Part shown: one piece after another, positions 53,401-64,000 of the stretch | How the letters are laid out: each line of letters opens with the position of its first letter | Position numbering within the stretch: position 1 is the stretch's first letter | NCBI GenBank assembly: GCA_030264375.1 | Contig: JASCQW010000156.1 | Coordinates: forward strand, 30,029,138 to 30,093,137 | Length of the DNA stretch: 64,000 bases | DNA from: Carcharhinus longimanus | Taxonomy: Eukaryota | Reading direction: 5' to 3' | Position numbers and translations under genes: made by a program | Notes under the pieces: model-generated | The model's database searches: none | Told to the model about the DNA's origin: nothing | The model's input: only the letters and a program-made list of their open reading frames with translations

Positions 53401-53511
53401 TCATATCAAAGCAGTAATTTCTAATTGAAATCCATCTGTGAGGCCTTCAACCATGCACTGAGTGAAGGAGCAAGAAAATACATTACAACAGCTTTTAGCT
53501 TTGTGCAGACA
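50461..53511 (+). repeat. about 112-bp dispersed direct duplication (50461-50572 and 53398-53511)
   Basis: GGTTCATATCAAAGCAGTAATTTCTAATTGAAATCCATCTG...GCTTTTAGCTTTGTGCAGACA near-identical in both. Confidence 0.9.
50939..51250 (+). mobile_element. HE1-type SINE (only + strand copy seen)
   Basis: GGTGGCACAGTGGTTAGCACTGCT...GGGTTCAATTCC head; tail GAATGGCCCTCCTCTGCACTGTAGATTCTTTGA. Confidence 0.88.
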
Positions 53512-56500
53512 TTTGATCTTCCTGTCTTCTTTACCTCTAGGCTACCCATCACTCATACAGAAAGCCAGTCTCCTTCTCTTATTTGTTCATAAAATACTTA
53601 ATGTTTTATTTAAAAACTGCAAAAAATCATACTAAAGCATGGAGTTACGTACCGTTCTTAGCAGAAACAAAAAAGAAATTCTTTGAAGCATGCTTTGTCC
53701 AAAAGAAGAAACTTGTTCTAAATCAAAGGTAGACAATGATTGTACATAAAATTAAGTTGTGTATTACTGCATTAGTAATTGAAAATGATATTGCCATTGC
53801 ACGTTGTACATTTTTTACACACAATACAATAAGGTGGAAAGCCTCAAATAAATTCCTGTTCGTTTAAACAGAATGTGTTGTATATAACTTCACAACTGTT
53901 TCTCACTATAAACTTCACTTTCTTGAAAGCAAATAGAAGTACATGGTCACAAAATGATGAGTATTTAAGAAAATTAATCCATATGAACTGGCTAATAATG
54001 ACAGTATCGTCTAGAAACACTCATACTATCAGTTTGCAGCAAGTTGTAGGTAAATAGCTCGCACAAGGAAGCAAATTGCTAAATATGAATTGTTTTATCA
54101 AAATATTCGGCAAACCGAGCTGAAGAGTAAAGATTCTGTGTAGACATTTTCTTGGAAGAATCTTAAGAATTATACATTTGCAATCGATCTACTTTTCATT
54201 TGCAGCCATTCGTAAATTGTGTAATTAGAAACAAAGTAACTGAGAATATTTCATAAGTGATTCCATTTTCCTTAACCAAAGTAATTCATCATGATATGCA
54301 TTAGCCACAGCTTTATAACTTGTGATGCATACCATGAGCTAGGAATATTATTAAAGGCGTGATACATATCCTTAAAAAAACTAAATCTTAGCTTATTTAA
54401 TAGTCATTTTCTTAGAAAAAAACAGCTTTATTATTTTTTAAAAATTTCCCCCCTCCCCCCATCCCAAGATTGTTGATTCATTTTGTGAATCCTGTTCTGT
54501 GTTGGTGACCTCCCCTGTACCTCACTTACATGGTCATTATTTTCAAGTATAAGTCTTGGCATTGTGTATCAGATGCCTTGAGTTATCTATGCAATAGTCT
54601 GCCGTTGGATCTTGAAAATTCTCAATACTGTTTCACTGCTCCATTCTTTGGTGAATTAATCATATACATATAATTTTATGACATAACAAGAAAATCTACT
54701 GGTAATTTTTATATACTGCAGATAATGTGAACCAAAAATAGATTTATTTTTAAAGTAACATCTGCAGTCAAAGGATGCATCGCGTGTTGCCTGCAACTAC
54801 CTCAGCCCCGAAAGTATACTTTATCAAGTGGATTATGTATTTGGGATTCAGGAAACTGTTCAAGGTATAAGATTTTTTAATTGTCAACTTTGCTGGATAG
54901 CCAGATGAATTTCATTTGAAATGTTGCATCAGATTTTGTTGTAATTTTTAAATAGTGAAAAAATGGCTAATTTCACTTTACTGCTCAACTCCCATAGGGC
55001 TGCTAGACCTATGTGTAGTAGTTGCATACGAGCCTTTTCAGTTTTCTGTCAGTTTGTTACTCCTCCTCCCTCTCCAATCTCTTAAGAAAAATAATGTAAG
55101 TTGAGAGCTTTTGGAATTTTTTTGCAGAATGTTTAAAGTCTTCTTGACAATGAGGAGAAATGAATCCTTCTGTCTGGTAGTATGAACAAATGCACTGGGT
55201 CTCACTTAAAATAGCATTAGTATGATTTAAATGTCTGCAGTAAAATTGAGCGTGTTCCAGGACCTTGTTTCTAATTAGAGGTTTTGAAAGGGTGTATTTT
55301 TTTGAAAGGTTTGTCATCATTCCAATCTCTGCTGTCAGAGGGAATTTGATACAGTTAAGTGGTAAACTCATTTAATAGGATATTACTTTCAGAAATACCT
55401 ACAGCATCAGTCTGTTATTTTCCCTTTTAAAAGTGATACATTTTCAAGCAATTTAATGTGATAGTCTTTTGTGTTCTTTTTTGTAAAGGTTGCCATCCTT
55501 ATAATAACCTAAGCCTACAAATAAGCAGTACTTTGGTGTGCCCCACTGCAGTGTGCCAGCATTGCTGGAATTCAACAGATCAAATAAAATGAAGTTAATT
55601 TATAACTGTTTGCACAATAGATCTAAGGTATTTGGGGTCCACATTTAACACAAGTAATCTCAATATATAATTATGAAGCAAACTTAATGAGGTTTTCTTG
55701 TAAGTGCTTAATCTCCATTATGGGTTTTAAAATATGTTTAAATATGTTGATAATATTCAATATTAGAAAATGAACTTAAATAATGTGGAATTATCTTTAA
55801 TTGTGTATTATTTGAAGTTCAAAATGTTTAGCTGTTAAGTATTTCTCAAATTTTGCCAATAAAACACAACAAATCCTTGTTAATTTCTACTAAACTGCAG
55901 TTTACAGTCTAGCTGAGAGCTAGTTTAATAACAGTATAAAATAAATTATTTCTCTCCAACCTTTACAATGATAACCAGTTGTTGATCAGTTAATCAAATC
56001 CTATCTTAAATTAAGAATGAAGAGCTGAATTACCTTGTGATGTATCAATCATAAATGACCATTTCCTAATTCAGTGCTCTTTTTGCAACTGATGGACCAG
56101 TTTTATCAAAACGCTGAGAAAGATACAAGTTCACATGCATCTTCCTTGTGCATGTAAATGCAGGCTAAACTAGAAGATAAACAAAAGTTGACCACCAACT
56201 TCCAACAAAGCTGACACTGCCCCAGGAAAACCGACAGCTCACTGACAGTTCTAATTGCAGTACATAAAAGGATAGTTGGCAATATAGCAATTTAGAAGTT
56301 ATGGAATATACACGAGTGCTGAATTCATGAGGATATTTTTATTGGACATGTTACCTTTACACGCGTACACACATCCGAAGAAGTTTTGAATTTTGACAAA
56401 GGGCTGTGTTTTCTAGACCTTTTTCTTTGGCAAATATCCACTCTGTAAAAACAACAGCCTGAAATATCAAATATAATAAGTAGTGTTCCCAGTCTTACGA

Positions 56501-57695
56501 CAATTTCCAGCAGTTAATTCTAAGGGATACGCAATTCTAGTGGCATCCTAAGTATCTCAACCACTCTTTTAAACTGGGGTTTGGTGGGGGGAGAAAAAAG
56601 GAAAGTGCCATACAGGGCACTGTCGTAACTTCGTTTTAGGAACTCTGGATTTTTGTGTTTGCAGCCTTCTGTGTGTTGTTGTCTAACAGTAGGCAAAAGA
56701 CGCTCAGGCTGAAGAAGAGTCCATATTATAAGTCTGCAGTTACTGCCTTGAGATCTTGCTTGGGTCTAAACTAGGCTATGTTAATGTCATGGTCCACTAA
56801 ATTTGGGCTTCCTTTAGTATATGTAGGCATATTTTGACTGAACTTCACCTGTCCATTGCCATAATACAAGAACCTTTACAAAACTCAACATTCTCTTAAT
56901 GTAGTGAATTTACTGGCATTTTGGTGCTACAGAGATTCTGGATGTGAACCTCAGTATGAACTTTTAATTAAATAAAATATGTTATCCGTCTAACTGGGTT
57001 CAAATCTTGACATTGAGAAGAAATACAGTGATAGGAGTTATGACAGGAATTATCAAGTAAAGCCAACAAATATGTTCAAACAGGGTATTTCTACCTTATC
57101 TCATAGAAACAACTGCAGCCTGGTTTGAAGACGATAAGCCATCCCATGAGATGAAGGCCAAGTTTTCCATCTCAAATCCACTTTCGAGAAAAATTCAAAT
57201 GTTTTAGAAACTGAATTCCTTTTGTCCTATGTAACTCATTTAAGGAAAACATTAAATAAACGTATCTGTGATTGGAACTCTGAAAATAACTCACTCATCC
57301 GCCCCAAGCTTGATGCAAGAAACAATGGAATGAAAATATCTGATGGTTCTCATCAAATAATAGCAACTTGCATTTATAAAACACTCAACAATAAGTAAAA
57401 TGTTCCATCAAGTTCTGGCACTTCAGCCTTGCTGTCTAAGAAATCTGAATGATGTTAAAGACCTTTGGTACTAGTGAGGAAAAGTATTTTCCTCATAAGC
57501 GACTGATTCACAAGTGAGAAAAATTGGCAGCTAACATGTTTCCATACATTTTTGTGTTAAGGGACAGGCAAGTTATATTTTTGCACCTTTTGTTGCTTTG
57601 TACTATGGACAAAGTACGACAATAACTTTGACTTCTAATCTCTTTGGACTCTCTAATTCTTATTTGCATTTTTCAGACTGTAAATTTAACTTTCA

Positions 57696-57701
57696 TTTAA
57701 T
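57696..57701 (-). terminator. candidate ANGPTL7 polyadenylation signal (ATTAAA)
   Basis: tttaat on + strand about 270 nt past the stop codon; a canonical AATAAA also lies at 56338-56343; AT-rich context makes either uncertain. Confidence 0.25.
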
Positions 57702-57973
57702 TCAATTGAGGATCACGATGACATTTCTGCCATACTATTTTTAAAAATGTACTTATTGATTTCTTTGTATACATTTTAGAAACCTGTCAGTGTGGCTAGT
57801 ATTTTTCACTGAATTTTATAATGTCCTATGTTATTTTGAGATGAATAATTGTGTAAGTGGTTAGCAGAGAGACAAAAGCATAAGAAAGGAGCTTCCCAAA
57901 GTTTTGCATCAAAAAGTTCTTCGATTCACAATTCTGTTGTAAGAAAATGCAGTAATAACTGTTAAGATCATGC

Positions 57974-58143
57974 TCAAGGCTTGAAGCTTTGTGGACGAAT
58001 CTTCATTTCGACTTTTCTCAGTGAGTAACTTGAGCCATGCCAGCCATACCATGTGATGCCATCAGAATTTTGGGTATGCTGCCCTTGTCGATAGTAAACT
58101 CCATTCAGATTGGAATCTGTGCAGCAGTTGTACCAGTAGCCAC
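57974..58143 (-). CDS. ANGPTL7: ANGPTL7 terminal coding exon 5 (coding part 170 nt incl. TGA)
   Basis: atgcAG|GT GGC...CCT TGA; (G)GYWYNCCTDSNLNGVYYRQGQHTQNSDGITWYGWHGSSYSLRKVEMKIRPQSFKP*; the YWYNCCTDSNLNG and IRP..FKP ending are characteristic of ANGPTL7. Confidence 0.96.
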
Positions 58144-58589
58144 CTGCATTCAAAAGGATAATGAATTATTGTATAAATTGTGCATATTATTTCTTGGGGA
58201 TTAAAGACTGGTGAGGCAGTAGAGAAAGATAGTACAAGTGATTCAAGAAACTGATGGGTAATATTGTATTTTTCAAACTTGGTGTGATCTTTTCTCACCC
58301 AGTGCATTTTTTTATAGTGTCATTTTTTTCTTTGTAATGTATTCACAGTATCTACTAAATATGGCTAAATTCTGCAATATATTTTCAGTTTTTATTGAAC
58401 ATCGCTATCAGAGGTGTGTGTATTCTTAGTCACACATGTCCAATGTAATGAATTATCTGCAGATTTTGTGAAAACTTAAGGGTTGCCTTAAGTAATGTAA
58501 CATTATGGCATTTCAACTATTGCTAGTTGAAAGTGCCTGACTGATCCAGTGAACAAAACATTTTTTTTTGTTTACCTATCAGCTCTTAC

Positions 58590-58788
58590 CTTTGCGGAAA
58601 TGCGCACAGTCGTCCACGCACTTGTCATTGTCTTTGTCCTTTGTGCTGAAGGCAGTGTTGTTGTGGTATCTGAGTGAGTCCCGTCCAGCTGTTCCATTGT
58701 AATTTCCAATGATTAATTTGTAACTATTCAATTCGTTGCTTATTGAAAAGTAGTTGTATTCTGCATAACGAGCATGACCTTCCCAGTC
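58590..58788 (-). CDS. ANGPTL7: ANGPTL7 coding exon 4, 199 nt
   Basis: taacAG|GAC...AAA G|GTaaga; DWEGHARYAEYNYFSISNELNSYKLIIGNYNGTAGRDSLRYHNNTAFSTKDKDNDKCVDDCAHFRK. Confidence 0.96.
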
Positions 58789-58983
58789 CTGTTAAGATGT
58801 TAAACAGTTCACTGACATTTGATTATATATTGTTACCAGCATTAATTTGCATTGAGTTTGCACCTTAAATTTTTAAAAGATCTTAACTTGTCTTTATGTT
58901 TCAAATTCCATTCATTAAATGTTTCATTGCAAATAAAAATCATAACTTGGTAAAATATATAAATTAGAATTCTAATAAGTTAC

Positions 58984-59178
58984 CTCCATGTCTACCCTGA
59001 GTATACTTGGCTGCCTAGTTAATCGAAAAATGTGTTCGTTTCCCAACCAGAAGTCCCCACGGATGTTGCCAAATCCTCGCTTGTAATGTTTCCAGTCACG
59101 ATTGAAAGAGCTTAGGCCAGCTTTGCGACGTTGTATAACAGTCCAGCCACCACCTCCAGTTTCCATGTCACAGTACAC
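58984..59178 (-). CDS. ANGPTL7: ANGPTL7 coding exon 3, 195 nt
   Basis: ttacAG|GTG...GAG|GTaact; [65 protein letters not shown]. Confidence 0.96.
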
Positions 59179-60288
59179 CTGTAACAGTTCAAATAATTAT
59201 TCAACAAGGCATGCAGAATAGTTTGAATGCCAAAGTATTTAACTAGCTTTTCATTCTATGATAGTAAGATTCAGGACCTCATTCACGAGTCTAAGCTGTG
59301 GTCAGTTTACTTGTAATGATGTTGCAATCTCAAATCGTGTTGATGCATGAGAATTTTGATTTGAATTTCCTACTAGGTAAATCCTACCAATACACAGTGA
59401 ATTGCGATTGTACATTTGTAACTGAGGAACAAAGTAGTTTAAAATTTAACTGTTATCACCCTCTATTGCTCTATTCGTTCTTTAGTCCCGTCAGAGCACA
59501 TTTTCAACAAAAATATAAATGAAGAATCAACTACAAATGCTGGAAATAAAAACAAAATGCTGAAAAAACTCATCCTTTGTTAAAAATAAGATGAGATGGT
59601 AATGTTTCAAATGTAATCCAAAATTACAATATTAACTTGAATGTTCTCTTTACAGATGCTGACTAACTGTATATTTCCAGTATCTTGTGTTTTATGTTTA
59701 TTTAAAAATAAGTTAGTTTGACTGATTTGGATCAGTTGGATTAAAAAAAACCGCCAAAGCGATTTTTTTTTTAACTTCAGTGCATTCTCTCTGTTGTGGA
59801 GTATCTCAGCTTTGCAGTCTTATTTAAGTGGCAGAAAAGAGAATGAATGGAAGTTTCCCACTTGGTGTTGAATATCATAAACTAACATGGATTTCAACTG
59901 CTGATGAAGCTGATGCAGGTTCCGTTTTAACTTGAAAAAAGAGCTCTCAAAGTAGAATAGGATATTAATGACAAAAAAGAGCAGGCTCTGTTGTTGTTCA
60001 TATGCAACTACAGCAATGCTTGGATTTAAAACTCAGGGATTCTGAAACGGTGGCAGTACATTTTAACAACTCCAGTAAAAACCATGAAAATTAAGGCCAA
60101 ATTCACTGTTTTGTCGAGGTGATATTTTAGTCATCACTGAACAGTTCACACACCAAGGTGACACAGTCACAAATGATAAATAACAGGTGTTTTGTGTACT
60201 ACAGTCCACCAGTTTAAATTTTGGTGCTAGTTAGAGTACGTTCAAAAAATAACAAAAAATAAAGGAAATTTATTTCAAATAGCATCAC

Positions 60289-60389
60289 CTCCAGTTCTGG
60301 AGTTCCCAGGAACTCATCTGCAGGCAGCTTGTACACACCAGATATTCGATAGTTCTTCCGGTACAGTGATGTGCAGTCATAAGTGGCAT
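60289..60389 (-). CDS. ANGPTL7: ANGPTL7 coding exon 2, 101 nt
   Basis: minus strand tttgcAG|AT GCC...GAG|GTgatg; (D)ATYDCTSLYRKNYRISGVYKLPADEFLGTPELE, start of fibrinogen-like domain. Confidence 0.95.
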
Positions 60390-61645
60390 CTGCAAACGAA
60401 GAATTAAATATTGCATTACTGCAGCAGTGCAGACATGATGAGCTGAATGGCTTTTTTCATGTGCTGTCACACTTCTATGGTTCAACTATTTCAGAATCCT
60501 TGAGTTTTAAGTCAAACCATTATCACACTGTAGCTACAGCAAAAATGAACATTACTGAATAATGGACTTCTTTCTTGTAATATTCATAAATATTATTTTC
60601 GGCGCTGAGATTCTTTTCCAAATTAGAATAGTGATTGAAATCTACATTGATGTTTGGTACTCACTCGAGCAGGAAAATTCCATTTATTCCCTTCTTTGCC
60701 AATGCCTGTGAAAATAGCTACATACTTCACACCACTAAGAAAGCATTGAAATGTGTTAAGAATTTTTATCATGCTGGTTTTTAGATCTTTATGATTTATT
60801 AGCTGTGGAAGTCTTAGCAAATCCAACATATATTCAACTCACTTTGAAATATTCTTTATAATGTTCCCATGTAAATTTTATACCAGTAAGTTGGCATTGT
60901 TATCCTGAAGTGCGTTTTGTTTCAATCTTTCGGAATTGAGCTGCCTATTTAGGTTTTGTTTAACTTTCTTCCACTTTCCCCATATGGACTGCATATTGTG
61001 GACCATCTAGTGAGTCCCAAAGCTTAAGAGTCTCTCATAGCTCCTGACCTCATTCTCTGCAAGATTGTTCCCTCTTGGATACTAGCAATCTTTACAGTCC
61101 ACCCAAGGACAATTTGATCCATATATTCACCACTTTCTGTATTCATTAAATATAAACTATATGCTCACCTTGTCTCTTCTGATTTAGGTCCATAACTTAC
61201 TCTTTATTCAGCATACTTGACACACCCCCTGCCACTCTTTCCCTGCATTTCCTGTTTGCTGCTGTTTTGAGTTAGAAAAAACGTTTTCCTAGATGTTTAC
61301 ATTTGAAGAAACATAGTTTTGATCAAATTTGAGTAACTTAAATGAAATAGCATTTTCTGTTTTCAAAACAAAAGAAGCCAGTGAATATATCTGATTGTTG
61401 ATGGAGCCTGTTCAACCATGCCAATTTATAGCTTTTATTTAGTTACTGCAGCAAATGAGTTATCTTTTGAGTTCAGGAACTGTGGCAGTCCAGGCTAGCC
61501 TCAGTTATCAGCAAAACACTTGCCTTTTTCAGATGTGAAAACAGTGCAAACTCAAGTAAAATCACATGTAAGCACTTCTAATAAACCAATTTTAATTTCT
61601 GTTGACAAATGATTTTTGATATAACCAAAGCATTTAAAGATTGCT

Positions 61646-62670
61646 GCCAATTTTAAGTTCAATTTTGTGAAGATTGTGAGAGCTAAGTTATCAATAGTAT
61701 ATGATGAATTGATACTTATTATAATAGTGGTAGAGGATACAAATTCTCATTGCTGTGACACTGTTGAAAGTGAATTTTCAAGAACGGGTTTGGGTAATTG
61801 TGTATTGCACTCGGTGAGTTGGTTTGTGAGCTCAGCAATGCCAAGATTACAGCCAATTTTAAATTCAATTTTGTGAAGATTGAGAGAGCTAAGTTACCAA
61901 CAGCATATGGTAAGTTGATGCCTTCTAAAGTGAAGTTATAGAGGATAGAAATTTTCATGGTTCTAACTTTGTTGAAAGTGACTTTTCAAGAATGGGTTGA
62001 GGAGTGAGGAATGGTTGAGGACTCTGGGTCTGTACTCATTGGAGTTCAGAAGGATGAGGGGGGATTTTATTGAAACTTACAGGCTACTACGAGGCCTGGG
62101 TAGAGTGGATGTGGAGAGGATGTTTTCGCTGGTAGGAAAAACTAGAACCAGAGGGCACAACCTCAGGCTGAAGGGATGATCCTTTAAAACAGAGATGAGG
62201 AGGAATTTCTTCAGCCAGANNNNNNNNNNNNNNNNNNNNNNNNNNNNNNNNNNNNNNNNNNNNNNNNNNNNNNNNNNNNNNNNNNNNNNNNNNNNNNNNN
62301 NNNNNNNNNNNNNNNNNNNTAGAAGCAGAGGGCACAACCTCAGGCTGAAGGGATGATCCTTTAAAACAGAGATGAGGAGGAATTTCTTCAGCCAGAGAGC
62401 GGTGAATCTGTGGAACTCTTTGCTGCAGAAGGCTGTGGATGCGAGGTCATTGAGTATTTTTAAGACAGAGATGGATAGGTTGTTGGTTAATAAGGGGATC
62501 ATAGGTTATGGGAAAAAGACAGGAGAATGGAGATGAGAAAAATATCAGCGGAGCAGACTGGATGGGCCGACTAGCCTGATTCTGCTCCTATATCTTATGG
62601 TCTTATGGGTTTATGTAATGGTATTGCACCAGGTGAGTGCATTCCTGAGCTCAGCAATGCGGAGATGCAG
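61646..62670. repeat. diverged 206-bp tandem duplication, second unit split by CR1
   Basis: unit 1 61646-61851; unit 2 61852-61998 resuming at 62612-62670. Confidence 0.88.
61999..62604 (+). mobile_element. young 5'-truncated CR1 with 7-bp TSD ATGGGTT
   Basis: LGLYSLEFRRMRGDFIETYR motif; (TCTTATGG)n tail; ATGGGTT at 61992-61998 and 62605-62611. Confidence 0.9.
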
Positions 62671-62798
62671 GTAAATCAATGGTTTCTGCAAATTACTGTT
62701 TATTTGAACAGTTCCCAAAAGAATGACTCAGTGAACAAAATTGTGGCATGCTGGATATCCAGAATCTTGCTTTTATTTAAAGCACTGATCAAGTCCTA

Positions 62799-62913
62799 GG
62801 GTGGGATTTTCCAGGGGCACTCTCCCCAAGACCGGAACATCAACAGACCTTTCATGATCCGCATCCCACCCTCTACAATTCCTGTGGTGGGCGGGACAGG
62901 AAAATTTCACTCT
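62799..62913. repeat. MITE-like element, same family as 6681-6812
   Basis: imperfect TIRs and shared internal TCAAC.GAC.TTTC.TG.TC.GC.TC motif. Confidence 0.55.
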
Positions 62914-64000
62914 TAGAGTTGGTCCGGTAATACTATTGGAAACCCAAAAAGAAAAAAAACACAACAAGGTAAGCTTTCAATATTCAAATGACCAAAATAA
63001 CACTATTCTGGCCCAGCAGGTTCTTGACACTAATTATTAACCAACTTAATTTAGTTACGATTATTGCCCAAGTTGAAATAGCTGATGTGAACTTGGAGAT
63101 CAATTGGGCTGCTGGAGTTGGGGTTGGAACTCCTGGGTTAGGGATGATGAACATAGCTAAAGTTCCTGCTTCTAATCACTATCCTGCTGAAAAAGCTCCT
63201 GAATCAAACCTGCCCTTTTTTTTGAACTTGAGCAGTCTTTTCTTGCATTTTCATATGATAAATGTAGTCGAAAGGAACTAAAGCATCTGGCTTGTATAAG
63301 ATAGTCTTGGTTCAGTGGCAACTGAACTGTGCTACCATGTATGAACTTGCGTAGCTGACATTTTGCTTGCTTGGTAACTGGAATACTCTGCTCATGGCTC
63401 ACCAGAGAGGCAGCATTGATTCTAATCTGAAGCTGATGTGTTTCAATAAAAAGTGGAATTTAGTGTATTACGTTTTGGAAATGTCTCGAGTTTGATCTTG
63501 GAGAATAAAGATCTAGTTTGTTTTTTTTTTTCCCAAAAAAAATCTTAGCTTTTTCAATGTAATACAATAGAACTTTGAGAACTTGCTAAGTTGAATCAGC
63601 AGTTGGATACTTCTAGTGGCAGTCTGCATGGATTATTACATATTATGGTTAGTCTGGAGTCATATGATTTAACAAATGCTGCACTGATTCATTTAGACAA
63701 CTTGATTGCGTCTTAATGAAAACTGTCTAGGTCTTGTGGGGAGCTAGCTCTTTCTGCCTTTTGAAACATTCACAATTTCTTCCATGTGCATAAAGAAAAG
63801 CTTAAGATGTATGAACCAATAGAACATATTTAACCAATGTATTGACCAGTTTAAATACTGTAAACCTACATTGACTGAAACTTGATGACTGTAATATGAC
63901 ATTCTACTCCTTCTAAAGGCCAATGCAATAGTCCCATTTTTCCCATCCTTAAATAATTATCTTTTTAGGATTCTTTATCTTTTGTTTATTTCATCTTCCA

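Noticed and set aside
45129-57900. Loss of the next MTOR exon or truncation of the gene
   Set aside because: This is the large ANGPTL7-containing intron; the next exon is expected beyond the window end
61700-61790. Box C/D snoRNA (ATGATGA) in the tandem unit
   Set aside because: The C box is not kept in the second unit and I find no matching D box with terminal stem
62143-62397. Apparent internal tandem repeat in the CR1
   Set aside because: Near-identical sequence either side of a 100-N gap; probable scaffolding overlap
60390-64000. ANGPTL7 exon 1 (signal peptide and coiled coil)
   Set aside because: No matching reading frame found; presumably lies past 64000, so the gene is not called a pseudogene
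1-64000. CRISPR arrays, operons or prokaryotic defence systems
   Set aside because: Sequence is vertebrate intron-exon DNA; no regularly spaced repeat-spacer array; the remaining short ORFs are random or repeat-derived

Overview
Eukaryotic, AT-rich, repeat-laden genomic DNA from a cartilaginous fish. The shark assignment is inferred from HE1-type tRNA-SINEs, CR1/L2/RTE LINE relics and Penelope-derived palindromes. The + strand carries 12 consecutive coding exons of MTOR (HEAT-repeat region into the start of the FAT domain; equivalent to human exons 17-28, 4251-45128), all with GT-AG boundaries and consistent phases. The long intron that begins at 45129 contains, on the - strand, the last four coding exons of ANGPTL7 (fibrinogen-like domain, stop codon at 57974), reproducing the nested arrangement known from mammals. 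ANGPTL7 exon 1 and the next MTOR exon are not seen and probably lie beyond the window. Introns are filled with retroelement relics. The most unusual items are a U2-snRNA-headed, double-headed SINE-like element (7140-7445), a TSD-flanked family of perfect hairpin elements with a hammerhead-ribozyme-like remnant (1384-1714, 17539-17667, 33541-33655), a perfect 22-bp palindrome, several local duplications, and assembly gaps, one of them inside an MTOR exon. Repeat family names are from recalled consensus and motif similarity, not from a database search.
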